DNA of 64,000 nt from Octopus vulgaris (Eukaryota): assembly GCA_951406725.2 (NCBI GenBank), contig OX597816.1:152520001-152584000 (forward strand), read 5' to 3'. A program made the translations under genes and the position numbers. Below are positions 40,698-57,970 of this stretch, piece after piece. The notes beneath the pieces were generated by a model. The model made no database searches and was not told where the DNA came from. It saw nothing but the letters and a program-made list of their open reading frames with translations. Positions within the stretch are counted from its first letter, which is position 1. Each line of letters begins with the position of its first letter.

Positions 40698-42202
40698 GTC
40701 TTAGCACAGCTTCTAACACTAGAGATGTACTACGGTGTCAACTAAGGTAATACCCCTTATTTTTCGAGCAGAATCCGGAGTATTCGGGCGGCTCCAAGCA
40801 GTGCTGTTTTCTGCAAGAGCTCCACCCTTTTGCACCCCCTATTTGTTCCATGTACTTCTCAAGATTTTTATTCACCGTTTCCAGGGCTCCGACATTTATC
40901 GGTACTATTACCACCTTTTTCAACGACCGCAACTTCTTAACCTCCCAAGCTAAACTGTTATATCGACTTTTCTTTCTTCCATATCACATACCTTGTCAGC
41001 TGGGCATGCTATATCTATGATCCAGGATCGTTGCTTTCTTTCCCAATTAACACTATGTCTGGCTTCCTATTCTCTATCTCATGGTCGCACGGCATCATAA
41101 AATCCCATAGGATTTTGCATTATCCTTTTCGAAGATGCCTTCGAGTTTATGTCCGCACCACCTTTTTGCTCTGTCAAGTTCATATTTATTGCAAAGTGTC
41201 CAATGGACAATCCTTACTATATTGTCATGACGTCTCTTATATTCTTTATGGGCTAGTGGCGTACATTGATTGGTAATATGCCATACGGTTTTGTCCACAA
41301 ATTCTGCACTTATCACTTACCGATGTGTTGTTTATTCTGTATTTGATGTAATTGGTTCTTAAAGCTTGCACTTGGGTTGCACAGATTAGAGCCTGGTTTT
41401 AAAACGCTTTTAGTTATCCACAGACATATTTTTTCTCTGTCTATCTTATCTTCAACGTCCCTATGAAGCTGTCTATGCATTCTTTTCTTTATCCGCCTAT
41501 TTTTAGTTTCATTCATTCTCAAGTGCTTGCACAGTGCCTTATCTTTGCAATCTTCCATTCTACAAAAGCCTGACTTTCTTACTTCAAATGATAGCGGTTC
41601 TGTCGCATTTTTTGCATACCATGCTACGTTGTCTTCTTCTGTTCTAATGCTGTGTTCGTATCCAATCAGTCCTCTTACCCCTCGTTTTCTTAGTACATAC
41701 AGTCTGTCTGTATCACATTTTGGGTGGAGTATCCCATATCTAGTCAGCAACTTTCTTGTCTTTCTGTTTAAGCTGTTTAGTTCATCTACTGTCCATGCGA
41801 TTACCCCTGCTCCATATCTAAGGAGTGAAACTGCCCAGGTGCTGACAGCTTCAATCTTATTCCGTCTGTTTAATTTCGACTTAAGGATCAGTCACAGTCT
41901 GTGCAAGTACTCCACCTTAAATTTTTCTGTAATTTTTTCTCCATTAATTTATCCATTTCCAATATCCCCAAATACTTATAGCCCGTCTCTTCTATCTGCT
42001 TCATTGTCTCCCCGACGGTATCGCTAGTCCGACCATACATTTGATTTTGCTTCTCTTCAAGACTAACACACCATACTGTTTCAGTCCAAACTCCATTCCG
42101 ATATCAGCACTGAAAGTATACACCGTATCAACGAGGAAACTGACTTTGGATTCATCTTTACCACAAAGTTTGAGGTTATCCATAAATAACAAGTGGTTGA
42201 CT
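40698..42202 (-). mobile_element. RLE-type LINE 3' half, decayed, bounded by (TAA)n
   Basis: HLLFMDNLKL, DIGMEFGLKQ, HPKCDTDRLYVLRKRGVRGL, YKRRHDNI, RKPDIV, VVIVPINVGAL. Confidence 0.88.
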
Positions 42203-42227
42203 TATTATTATTAATATATTATTATCA

Positions 42228-42306
<79 letters not shown>

Positions 42307-42465
42307 TCTTTGTTGCTGAAGGACATAAGATCGGCACGACCCAATTAGAGGTTACATTGGAATATTTTTGTTCATGGAATGAGAGCAGGTTTCGCATGCT
42401 GAGGTATGGTAGGAAAACTTTGGGAAGCATGAAGAATGGTATGATCAGCGTAAGAATGGGTGTTG

Positions 42466-42511
<46 letters not shown>

Positions 42512-42854
42512 AAGAGATAGAGAGAGAGAGAGGAGAGAGAGATGGAGAGGGAGCGATGGGGAGAAAGTGAAGAAGAGATGGAAAGATGGACAGTGATAGA
42601 AAGAATGAGAAAGGGTGGAGAATATCATTGTGTCTGTCACCATTACCTATGAGATATTGGAAGTGAATGCAATAAGACGAAAGCTGCCAGAGACAGAGGA
42701 CTGGTTTCTTGGGAATGGGGGTGGGGACACGCATCAAGTTTCCAAAGACCTGAAAGAGGATGAAGAGTTTTTCAATTATCGGTTAAATTTTGGGGGGTTT
42801 GTAAAACTGAAAGTTTTGTGATGCACAGAGACATACTTCGGAGACATACTGTAT

Positions 42855-45514
<2,660 letters not shown>

Positions 45515-45641
45515 TCACGGATCAATTTCTGTGAGTATAATTTCATATCCTTTATCGTCTGCTGTCCGGCATTTTTCAATGATGAACGTCGTTTCATGAG
45601 CATAATGCTGAATAATATTGTTATCCATTTTAATGAGAACT
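45515..45641 (-). CDS. grh: grainyhead terminal coding exon (dimerisation domain end)
   Basis: ctttctttttgtacag|A, phase 2. (G)VLIKMDNNIIQHYAHETTFIIEKCRTADDKGYEIILTEIDP-TGA matches the Grh C-terminus GILV.MDDNII.HY..E..F. Confidence 0.95.
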
Positions 45642-48600
45642 CTGTACAAAAAGAAAGAGAATAAACGAAAATATAAGTTGAAGTTGAAACTGGTGCGAAG
45701 TAAAAAGTTTATTAAATGAATAATCTTTTAAACTTTAGATTGAACGAAAATACATAAAAAGCAAAGAGAATGAATTCAGGTTCAACGAATACTTGAACAA
45801 AATGTTGAGATATAACAAAATTTTAAGTCAATCATAATGAGATTAAGTGTAATCTATAGAAGGGGTAAAACGTATAAACTGGAGTAGTTTGTTCTTTCTA
45901 TTGTCTCGTAGAAAATTGGCAGTCAACATTGGAAACTAAGGAAACACTGGTTAAAGATATAATAACTTCGAGTTTACTGCAAGGATACTGTATTTTACCA
46001 TGGGACACTTTTACAGATGGGTATGATCATGTCTAGCCTTTAATGCAGTTTCTTGTTATCTATTTCAGATCCGCACGAAAAAAATTAAATCAACATTGAA
46101 AGAAAGACTAGTAAATTGTACGGTACTTCCTCTGCTAACAACAGTTTCTACAGTAAAGGCATGTATCTAGACATTTCCAATTTACATCTTAGTGAGATAT
46201 GGCATTAAGAGCTAAGAAAACTTTATAGAGACATGAAGTAGTAATACTGACAGAAACACAAAACATCAATCTTTAGGTAAATAACAGACACCAGCCAGAT
46301 AGCCAGACAACCAGACAGTCAGACAGCCAAGCAACCACCCAGGCAGCCAACCTCAACAGTTGGAATATTTCAAACAAAACATGTACCAATAAACTTTGTG
46401 AACATTGAAGCATTAAATGCACAAATTCACCGAGCAAGTAACTGGCATAAGCGAACTATATAAACACGTATTGGCATGAAAGATTGTATCGAAGTCATTG
46501 GTTTGCTAGAATTAGTATTTTATATAAATTTTATGCTCATTAAAATTTAAAATTTGCTATAAATTTTGATCTCAGTGAAGATAAATACTTTTTATTTTAT
46601 GAATTTGTAGCTTATAATGTGCAATGCTATAATGTGCAATGCTATAATGTTATAATGTGCAATGGTTATAATGTTAATTACCAGTTAAAGGGGCAAGACG
46701 CTAATAAAACCTATGATGTTAATACAGAGGAATTTCCATCATGGATTACTATGGCTGATTGTTTATAAACAATATTATGTTGTATAAAAATAATATTTTA
46801 TTATCATCAAATGATATTGTTATGTTGTATAAAAATGCAATTCTATTATCATCAAATGATATCATAAGCAAAATAGGTAAAATCTGTGTATATACATCAA
46901 TTTTCACCATTAAAAAGGAAAGATTACATATAATCAGTTTACTATTCATTCATGTACTTAATTATTTACTTATTAGGTGGTTTCTATAAAGACTGCTCAG
47001 GGCATTTACTTATGGAATACTGAAAAGATAAACATGCCATCTATATATTAATTATAAACCAAGAATCAGAAAAGATAAAGATGTGCACAGATACACACAC
47101 ATACTTATCCATGTGCACACATGCACACAAACACAAATATTTATACTTTTATAGGGATATAGAATGACCATCTTAAGTAACTAAAACGTATCTATTTACG
47201 AATAAGAAAGATAACAATTAATAAGGGATAAGAGGTTGATAGGTTATGCACATATATGCATATATTCTCATATACAAATATTTATACATTTGTATGGATA
47301 TAGTATGTCCATCTCGCACAGACATAAGTAGCTGAAAAATCTCTATTTAAGAATAGTAACAACTTATGAAGGATAAGCGATTAATAGGCAATGATATCAA
47401 AGTAAGAAAACAAAATAATAAGAATTTATAGAAAATAATAAGAAATATATATAACCTACATTTAAAGGGACAGAGTATTTAAATTTGAGGTAGGTAAGAG
47501 ATAAAGGTAACCCGAAAAGAAGAGGTAGTAGGTATGGGCGTAGTGGGGGCAGTTAGAGGTATTCAGACCGAAGAGATTCTTTAAGTTGCAATGTTACAGG
47601 TGCTATTACATATATGATTTTATAGTTTCTAGCGGGTATATAACTAGGAGACTTACTCACATAAAAGCCATTACAAATATACATAATATGATCAGTAGGG
47701 TAGAACATCATAGAAAGGAAAAAATAATTTAATCACCTAAATCATGATGAAGTCAGACTAACTAGGCAGGGGTTTTCATGGGATAGTAATTACATATAGC
47801 ACACCACATAGCATAACATATATCTTATAACATATGCAATGCAATTTAATTCACCAATTTAACTCAATATCCCATGATTTTATTATATTTAATACTACAG
47901 GGTAAATTTACAGCTGATACGACACCAAAAATTAATTTCTACCATCAAAGTTCAAGTATGGCACCTATAATCGCTAATTTCGATATCCTGTTGATATCCT
48001 GCTGCTTATTTTGATTTTATTCACCTTACTTCGAGCTGTATGGATAATACCGGACTTTTTATTTCTCTTTTGTTTTTTGTTTTTTTTCATCCCCCAAAAG
48101 AAAAGCTCTACCTTGTAACTTGTCCCATCTGTGTGCAGCCCTGTGTGGCCAATAAAGAAACTTATCTATCTATCTATCTATCTATTCTGTAATATCAAAC
48201 TTTATTATTCATGGTTCTTTCTTACCCTTCCTTTTCAGAATGTCAGACACACGCGCGCACACGCACACACGCACACACACACACACACACATACATACAC
48301 ACATACAGTTTGTCAGTACTTTCTTTATCCGTTTTATTTACCCAGGTTCATGGCTGGCTGCGTAATCATTTGCATTTCAATACCAGTAGTCTGTATGTAT
48401 GTATGTATGTATGTATGTATGTATGTATGTATGTATGTATGTATGTATGTATGTATGCATGTATGTATGTATGTATGTATGTATGTATGTATGTATGTAT
48501 GTATGTATGTATGCATGTACGGTTGTATGTGTGTGTGTGTATGTAAACAAACGGGGTATGTATGTATATGTATGCATATGCATGTATGTATTATGTATGT

Positions 48601-48762
48601 ATGTGTATGTATGTGTATGTATGTATATGTATCATGTGTGTATATTTATATGTGTATGTCTACACACATGCATACACACATACACATTGTTCTTTATCAG
48701 TGTTTATGTATTTCTTACTTTGTATATGTAAGTAAAACTGAGCAAACACGCAGCCGTGCGTG

Positions 48763-48805
<43 letters not shown>

Positions 48806-49138
48806 GGGGAATGGGTGTATTTGTATAATATATAAAAGTTTGTATGTGGTATATTCATTTGATAGCCGCGGGTGTGATATCTGAAAACTTTAGCTGTTCA
48901 CTGTATTCTTTGCTGAAGGTATTTTAGCCCTTTTGATTGGAGATCGACCAGTCCATTATTGGTTGTCAGACGATGATACATTCGATTAGCTTAAGCGACG
49001 AAAGAACCGTGAAGCTGACGTATGTTTCGTTAGTATGCAGTGACGAGATCAAAACATCGCATGGGTGTGATCGGGTTAACCAGAGTTAGGTCCCAGTATC
49101 TGTGTCAGTCAACAGAACTAATTATTCCTTCAATATAT

Positions 49139-49352
49139 ACTCTTTTACTCTTTTACTTGTTTCAGTCATTTGACTGCGGCCATGCTGGAGCACCACTCTA
49201 GTGGAGCAAATCGATCCCAGGACTTATTCTTTGCAAGCCTAGTACTTATTCTATCGGTCTCTTTTGCCGAACCGCTAAGTTACAGGGACATAAACACACC
49301 ACCATCGGTTGTCAAGCGATGTTGGGGGGGGGGGGCAAACACAGACACACAA

Positions 49353-49399
<47 letters not shown>

Positions 49400-49552
49400 C
49401 GACAGGCTTCTTTCAGTTTCTGTCTATCAAATCCACTCACAAGGCTTTGGTCGGCCCGAGGCTATAGTAGAAGACACTTACCCAAGGTGCCACGCAATGG
49501 GACTGAATTCGGAACCATGTGGTTGGTAAGCAAGCTACTTACCACATAGCCA
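49139..49552 (-). mobile_element. SINE family 1 in grh intron
   Basis: Matches the other copies. Confidence 0.9.
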
Positions 49553-50121
49553 CAGATACCCCAGTATATATTTACCTTTGCTAATATTTACCTTTTCTAA
49601 AATACTATGGAGAAGGAAACTTTTTGTCGGAATTGAAAGTAACCAGAAATGCAGCATTGATATATACTATGCAAACTGTTCCTTATTCGCTCTGAAGGGA
49701 CGATCTATATTGAAGATTGTGCGAATATATACATAAACCTACAACAGAGATTGGTGTTCTACTCTCAGACAGCATTCAACATTATGTAAAATATCGTTCA
49801 CCTCAGCTAGCTACAGTCAGTCCACTTTAATCACTCATTAAATGTAACTTATCCGATTATTTTAGTTAACGAGTCTCCGTACGGTCTTTCGATCTGTTAA
49901 AAATAGCAGCTGAATCTCCCTGAACTTCTACTATGTTTTCTAAAAAGTAGTTGTATGTTGGTCAGTATACTCTTAGTTACCTTGAAGGGAAAAAGCAATG
50001 TGATGGCCACGTATGGCATGGGTCATCTCGATCAGGCCAGCAGTAAATAGCAGCAAAAATAACAACAACAATGACAATAACATCAATTATAATAACAGCA
50101 ACAACTGCAACAAACACTCAC

Positions 50122-50186
50122 CCCTTTTTAGATCTTTTGTATGTATTTTTAACCTTTGAAGCTGGAATTTCATATTTTTCTTCCAC
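50122..50186 (-). CDS. grh: grainyhead exon (65 nt)
   Basis: ttttcacag|VEEKYEIPASKVKNTYKRSKK-GG|gtgagt. Phase 0 to 2, matching both neighbours. Confidence 0.95.
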
Positions 50187-50713
50187 CTGTGAAAATAAAT
50201 GAAGTGATATTTTAGTGTACTTCATGGTAGACTAATGGAGCAGAGAACTCTAGAAATGTACTGTATTCTACGGTTGATAATTTAGTTTGGATAATACACT
50301 GAGAAATGTAGGTGAGTTCTCCCTTGATGAACCTAGTTAATGAACTGGTTGAAGTCAATTCTTTTGACTTACACACTAATGCTTTGAAAAGAAATATGAT
50401 TGTCACACAGTCTTATCGATAAACTTGAACATAGCAGAGCATGGTTGTAAAATTAAGATATTCGCTTCGCAACCATTTAGTTTCAGGTTTAGTCGTAGTT
50501 TATGTAGTGTCTTCTACCATGGTCTCTGGTAGAAGCTTCTAAAGGAGATGTGGAAGTCGGCCAGGGGTTTTTTTGTGTTTATAGACCTAGTCTGCTGCCT
50601 TGCTTAATGCTACACAGGATCTTAGCGTGCCTTTAGTAAAGTCGATTCTGCGTCAAGCAAACTTGCCAGGTCTTCTATTTGAGGATAACAGCAACAGCAG
50701 CAGCAGCAGCAGC

Positions 50714-50750
<37 letters not shown>

Positions 50751-50869
50751 TCGACGACACTAACAATGATATCGGTCTGACAAAGGGGTGGGTGAGAATG
50801 CATTTTCGTAGATGTGGCTGTAACTGCGAACATGAATATAGTAGGTTAAAGAATACGAGAAAATAGGAA

Positions 50870-51414
50870 AATACCAGGATTTGGCTTGGGAAATACGAAG
50901 ACTTGGGAGTGTTTCTACAAAAATACTCCCAGTTATTAGAGTTAGCCGAGGTACAGCCACCACCAGACTTAACAGCAAAGATTGTAAGAAAGCGCATCGA
51001 TATGCAAGGAAGTTGTTTGTGATCCGGTATCAAGGATAATCAACATAGCATATCCCGGTGGCAACAGGATCAATTGAATGAAGTAAAAATGAACAGCTAT
51101 GACGATTTGAAGTGGGAAATTCGAAGGTTATGGTCAACGAGGAGAGTAGACGTAATACCAATAGTAATTGGGTCACTTGGAAGTATCAGCACTCAACTAC
51201 CAACATGACTGAAAAAAAAAGATGGGTGCAAGTGTGAAGGTTGAACACTTAGAAAAATCAGCATTGCTTGGAACTGCAAGAATTCTTCGCAGAGTTCTTG
51301 AAGCATGACTAGTAAACAAGTGTCACCTTAGTTTGCTGGCTGTAAGCAGCTGACACTTTCCATCATACCCAGCAAAATAAGCTGTGAGTTTTTAACACAT
51401 AATAATGATAATGC

Positions 51415-51457
<43 letters not shown>

Positions 51458-51766
51458 ATTATTGGAGACCTGAGAATTGAAATCACTTAGCTGTGGCAGC
51501 TACGAGAGTCAAACATAAAGGTAGTCCTTATTGTCATCGGAGCATTGGGTTTAATATCACCCAACCTGAAAAAACATCTGGAAACTTTAGAAATACCCTA
51601 CAATCAAGGTGTATTGCAAACATCGGCATTAGTTGGAACTGCAAGCATATTGCGTAAAGTACTGTCTGTCTGAGGTCCTTGTTGTAACTTGACAACCTGT
51701 ACAAATCCCTGGTAGACACAATATATTCAATCAACATCACGATATTGAAGACTGTGCGACGTCTTA

Positions 51767-51768
<2 letters not shown>
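50870..51768 (+). mobile_element. Two RLE-type LINE 3'-end fragments separated and followed by (TAA/TTA)n
   Basis: YDDLKWEIRRLWSTRRVDVIPIVIGSLG...KSALLGTARILRRVL with the same 3'UTR as 38940-39040. A second fragment 51463-51768 has TSALVGTASILRKVL. Confidence 0.8.
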
Positions 51769-51819
<51 letters not shown>

Positions 51820-51873
51820 TAATAATGATGATGATGATGATGATGATGATACTAATAATAATCGTATACTTAC

Positions 51874-51959
51874 TGCTCTTAATAGCCCTTCAACTGTGGG
51901 AGTCCTAAGAAGTAACGCTGTGAATGTACTTTCCGTCTGTTCTCGAACGTATAACATAA
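51874..51959 (-). CDS. grh: grainyhead exon (86 nt), start of dimerisation domain
   Basis: ttttttaaag|TT-MLYVREQTESTFTALLLRTPTVEGLLRA|gtaagt matches Grh V(L/M)LYVR.E.EE.F.AL.L..PT..GL..A. Phase 1 to 0. Confidence 0.95.
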
Positions 51960-52563
51960 CTTTAAAAAAAAGAGAATTAGTTGTCTTAAGGGCACCGGGT
52001 GAGGATGGTACAACATAGATAGACGAGAAAAGAAAATGAATAAATAACACGGGGAATCCTGTGAGAAAAAGAAAATGCAAATGGAAGTAAACGCATAATA
52101 CATTTTTTGTAATATCCCCCAGATGGTAACTGTAATCTAGATTCGATCAAAGGCACGTACAAATTCTGGACTATTCTGACTACTAAGCGTATTGCTCTCT
52201 TCTGGATGAGATTCTCCGTCCTACAATAGCGTTCACTATGACCATAATTACCATTCTCATCCTTTCTACAGCTAATTTAGTTGGAGGAAGCACCTTCCTC
52301 TCCGATTGAAAAATCGACAAGAGCGTGGTTGAAGGCGGGAATATCTCTTCAATCCTTTCTGTCACATTCATCATCCAACCCCTTTCGCAATAGCAGCGAC
52401 AAATCCTTTCTTGTCACAGATAGACAGGGAAACTATAGATACTATTAATAGCCAGATCTATACGAGACAACGGTTCTTCGACAAAACTCCGTTAGTCAGC
52501 AATACCTGCATACTTAGCATACATACATACATACATACATACATACATACATACATACATACA

Positions 52564-52594
<31 letters not shown>

Positions 52595-52737
52595 TTATAT
52601 ATAAGAGTTACAGAATGGAGTATAGGAAATCCGGGCTACATATGTTTCATAGCGAGTGGAACCTCAGAAGAGGTAAAACCCAGGTGAGATGCATACCACC
52701 GCTACTCTTCAGGCCAAGGACATATAAATATATATAT

Positions 52738-53095
52738 TCTTTTATACTTTTATTTGTTTCAGTCATTTGACTGCGGTTATGCTGGAGCACCGCCTTTAGT
52801 CGAGCAAAGCAAGCCCAGGACTTATTCTTTATAAGCCTAGTACTTATTCGATCTGTTCTGCTGTTTGTGTAGCTTTCACTGCCAGTTTGGTACGAGGCAT
52901 TCCAGGATTTTCCAGATGTATACTACTGCATATATTTCCTCCTTCGTTGTAGGGAGAAGAGTTTTAATTCTTTCAGCCTTTCTTAGTAGCTGAGACGTTG
53001 CATTGAGACGATTTTCGATGGACTTCTTCGAGTTCTGCCGTTAATTTTATATTGTGTGGTGACCACAGTTGAGAGCAGTAGTCCAAGTGGCCGAG
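52738..53095 (-). mobile_element. SINE family 1 tail (52738-52849) abutting a CR1/L2-like LINE fragment (52850-53095)
   Basis: SINE tail match. The LINE part reads RLKELKLFSLQRRR..YAVVYIWKILECLVPN across shifts. Confidence 0.75.
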
Positions 53096-53098
53096 GAC

Positions 53099-53167
<69 letters not shown>

Positions 53168-53192
53168 ATTTAGGAATGGTCATTTATATATG

Positions 53193-53251
<59 letters not shown>

Positions 53252-54024
53252 GCAGGTAGGTAGATTCCCGAGATGGAATGGGTATGTGCATACGTGAGAT
53301 GCCAAGGAATTGCGTAATCATGTTGTGTACTTAAGAGTATATAAATGTGTGTGTGTGTGTGCGTGCGTGCGTGCGTGTATGTAAGTATGTAAGTATGTGT
53401 GTATGTGTATGTGTGCATTTATATAAATGCACTCATAGGCGCTTATATTTATGCGCGTATGCATGTCCAGTCACACATTCATATTCATACACATTCAACG
53501 TGCTTACAAAAGCATATTAATTAAGCATTCAGAACATATTTTGGATGTAAAGTTCAGGGTTTAGAGAGCAGTACAAAAGGTAAAGTATAAAAAAAACAAC
53601 CCCACTTGCCTGCTGATAAGTTCGTACAAACCGTGTGAACAATCTCGCTTGTGAATGTACATGCACAAGCGCTGAGTGGAGCATTGTTCCAGTTCTAGTG
53701 GAGGCGTCTTATTGAATTTTGGTATATTGAATCTATTATATTGTACTCTATCACTTAGTGTCAAGATAGATTTTTTGCAAGGTTTAAAATTTTCACTAGA
53801 TATTTAAAGCCCCGTGCGTACTGAAGAAGACTGATCCCGATTTTGATTTCAAAGCGGTCCCAATGTGTTGGTTTGTGTTTGAGCATAATGGATTTAGAGA
53901 AAAATAACGAGAATGGAAAGACTGATATATGTAGCTAGTAGTAACAGAGGATTAAAATGCAATAACCTTAGAAAATCTCTTATTTTTTTTTACACGGCAT
54001 TATAGTATAGCGTTTAATAAATAC

Positions 54025-54140
54025 CTTTTTGATACGTCATACAGTAAAGGAAATTATTTCGTCGTGGAACTTTGGCAGGCGGGTAACCATCTCTGTTCTC
54101 GTCTAAGTTGGTGTTGTTTTTGTTATTGCTTATAGAATTT
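54025..54140 (-). CDS. grh: grainyhead exon (116 nt), linker
   Basis: ttcttttgttctttaacag|A-NSISNNKNNTNLDENRDGYPPAKVPRRNNFLYCMTYQK-G|gtattt. Phase 2 to 1. Joins to give YQKVMLYVRE. Confidence 0.85.
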
Positions 54141-54449
54141 CTGTTAAAGAACAAAAGAAATCGTATTATTTTCATATTTCTTCGTATCACTGCATGTTTT
54201 GAGTTTTTTTTGTTTATTTTCTGTTTTGTACATTAAAAAAAAAATTTTGTAGATGGCAATCATTTATCTCCTTTATAAGTTTTGCTATTCCTTTCAAAAA
54301 CATCCTGAGAGTCATCACACACACACACACTCACACACACACACACACACACACACACGTACGCACACGCACATACACACACACACACACGCACACACAC
54401 GCACACGCACGCATACGCACATACACACACACACACGCACACACACACA

Positions 54450-54554
<105 letters not shown>

Positions 54555-55094
54555 AAAACTTTCAGGATGCCTCTGAAAGAAATAGCAGAACACTCGTTCA
54601 CATGAAGAGCTGGTGGTTCAGGGAATGACTGAAATGGCGGACGTAAGGCACATTATTGAATTGGTGAATATTGATGATGATGATGATGATGACGACGATG
54701 ATGTTGTTGTTGTTGATGATGATGATGATGACGACGACGACGACGATGATGGTGATGATGTTGATGATGATGATGAGAATAATGATGACGGAAATTGTTG
54801 TGAAATATTCTATTTGTACATGTTTTCCTTGAAGCTGCTGACTTCCGGTTGTTCACGAGTAAAGTTAACCGCGTCGTTCTAAGGTCTTCAAGGGCCCGGG
54901 AAGGACATGAAAACAGCCTCATCATCTACACTGAACATATAAAAATGACATTTTAACCGTGACCACTCCGTTTTTATTTGAGACACATTGTACCTAGAAC
55001 TGCATTACCCAATGTTTCCTCCTGGTTTTAAGACAGTTGCTGCTATTTCTGGTGGCTTGTCCGACCGCATACAGGCACCTTCGTTGATCGATAC

Positions 55095-55127
<33 letters not shown>

Positions 55128-55215
55128 CGATGATGATGATGATGATGATGATGAGGAGGAGGAGGAGGACGATGATGATGATGATGACGACGATGATGAT
55201 AAAACATAAACCTAC

Positions 55216-55259
55216 CCGACTCGTTCTTCCTCATTTAATGAGTAGTGCACAACCCCATG
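55216..55259 (-). CDS. grh: grainyhead small exon (44 nt), linker
   Basis: tttctttatatttcag|HGVVHYSLNEEERV-GG|gtaggt. Phase 0 to 2, exactly what is needed to connect the flanking exons. Confidence 0.75.
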
Positions 55260-56305
55260 CTGAAATATAAAGAAATGTTCAATATAGTTTTCCCCGGAGT
55301 ATGTTTGTAGTTGCAACATTATTAGGTAGTAGTATATGGTGTTGTTGAGAGAAGAACATAACGTTTATACCAATAACGACTAGTGAACTGGACAACTCGA
55401 GGAACTGAATTGACACGAAACGACAGAATTTTGTCTAGATTCATAATTTTAATTATTTAATCACATATAAACATCTGTGACTATATTTTATGAAAGTTGA
55501 CCACGGGCCTTAAACTTATGATCGCATTTCTATCATAGACTGTTAAATTTCAAATTTAGTGAAATTTATTGGTCAAAAGAATTATTTTAGCAACTTTAAA
55601 ATACAATCGTATTTTGGTGGAGTCATGTTTGTCAGTTTGCTAATCAATAAACATATGCATTGTTAATTAATTATTTTTCTCGATGAAATAATTTATTCAT
55701 CAGGGAAATAACTGATGATAGCAAAAATAAAATTTTAAAAAAAATTTAAAAAATTAATTATGCATATATTTGCCAATTATTAATTTGACAGTTACAACTT
55801 TAGCAAGATACATGTTTCAACGCAAGAAAATTTATATATGAAAAGAATATTTAAAACGCATGTTACGTTATATCTAAGCCAATCACAATATGTTACAATT
55901 GGTTGATAAATGATAGCTATAAAGCCTCAAGCACATTTTCTACCTATGATTTTACTCAGCAAGGTGTAGATCATTAAGCGAATATCCGGTTGGTTATATC
56001 CTAACGTATGTCTATAGGCCAGGCGGTTAAGTCTTAATTGGTCCTGTCTACCTAACGGTAAATATGTGCATTGCTTCTGTAAACAGCAGAGGAAGGATTG
56101 TATAGCAAATGCATACTTCTGTTTCACTAGCTTACAGTGTTGATTTCAAATATGCTTCACACACGATAAAGAATAGAGTTCGTTACTTGTCCTAGAAACA
56201 ATATGAAGATCGAAATATTCAGATGTATACAACTACACACACACGCGTATATGCTGGAATTTCATTGATTAAGATATTGTTCTATATGCAATCATACAAA
56301 CTCGG

Positions 56306-56336
<31 letters not shown>

Positions 56337-56389
56337 TGTATGTATGTATGTATGTATGTATGTATGTATGTATGTATGTATGTATGCAT

Positions 56390-56466
<77 letters not shown>

Positions 56467-56493
56467 TGTGTATCCGCACATGGTTGTGTATGT

Positions 56494-56574
<81 letters not shown>

Positions 56575-56599
56575 TGTGTGTGTGTGTGTGATTGTGTGT

Positions 56600-56802
56600 G
56601 TATGCATTTGTGTGCGTGTTTGTCTCCCTACCATCGCTTGATAACCGATGATGGTGTGTTTACGTCCCCGTATCTAGCGGTTCGGCAAAAGAGACCGATA
56701 GAATAAGTACTAGGCTTACAAAAATTAAATCCTGGGGCCGATTCATTCGACTAAACACGCTGCTCAAGCATGGCCGTAGTCAAATGACTGAAACAAGTAA
56801 AA

Positions 56803-56804
<2 letters not shown>
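56600..56804 (+). mobile_element. SINE family 1, 3' half, opposite orientation to most copies
   Basis: catcgcttgataaccgatg...ggttcggcaaaagagaccgatagaataagtactaggcttac...gtcaaatgactgaaacaagtaaaaga. Confidence 0.88.
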
Positions 56805-56850
<46 letters not shown>

Positions 56851-57656
56851 CAGATGAACAGATGGACACACTAGTATAATCATACCTAAGGTTATTCAGA
56901 GGATTATTAAGAAGAATATTATAAGAAAAGGATAGAAATTTATGAATAATTTTGAGTAATATACCCTAAACTTTAACTGTATATAATATAACAACATTGT
57001 TCAAAATATTTAACTACAGTACTACATGATAAGACTTCCCCTGTTTCATTATCAATGGTCTGCTAGTGGGCGAGTCCCTTAATTGTCAGCTAACATCTTG
57101 TTTTAAGATTTCCTTTACCAAACCTCATGATATTGCTTCTAGTAAATCTTGATTTTTATGACTATATCAACTATGATGTCTGTCTATTCCCTCAGCCTTA
57201 CCCCTAACAGATACTGCTCTCTGTTCTCTCAGCCTTAGATGTACAAGGGTTTTGATACACTAGTCTATAAATTAAAACTCACCCCATAAAAACAAAAAAA
57301 AACAAAAAAATCAGTGACAAGCAGAGTCTGTAACAATGCATATGTTCTTGAAAAGCTTAGTAACTTCTATGCTGGAGTAAGAACAGCATGTTCTTTGTCT
57401 ATCTCCTTAACTTCTTGGAGATTTTAGGTATAATTATACTAATGTGTCCATCTGTTCTAATTTAACTAAATTCTATGTCTTTGTGCTCTGCATTTTAGAT
57501 TCATGTAATGATTGCATTATTCAATTAAATGGAGTTGCATGAAACGATCGTACTGCATTACCTCTGGATATCCTTGTTGCTTATTTTGATTGTAATCACC
57601 TTACTTTGAAATTGTATGGATAACACCTTATTAAATTCTGGTACCATATTCATCTG

Positions 57657-57740
<84 letters not shown>

Positions 57741-57754
57741 TGTATATATATATA

Positions 57755-57795
<41 letters not shown>

Positions 57796-57970
57796 TGTGT
57801 GTATATGTAGGCATATAAATGTATATGTAGGAATAAAAGTGATTGTTAGGTAACATTTCTCTATCGATTAAGGATTGTGATTGTTCCTTTTGTTTCCCTC
57901 ATAATTGCGTAGACACTGTTCGTTAATGATTTCACAAGTTGCTCTTCTGCTGTTAATTTACCTTCCTTAC

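Noticed and set aside
52183-52430. ORF upstream of the grh VMLYVRE exon as an extra exon
   Set aside because: No good splice sites or Grh similarity, and the 54025-54140 exon already joins in phase.
57500-57560. GAAAC-GATC-GTA half-hammerhead (similar remnants near 46480 and 47905)
   Set aside because: The 5' core cannot be assigned confidently. Probably decayed PLE repeats.
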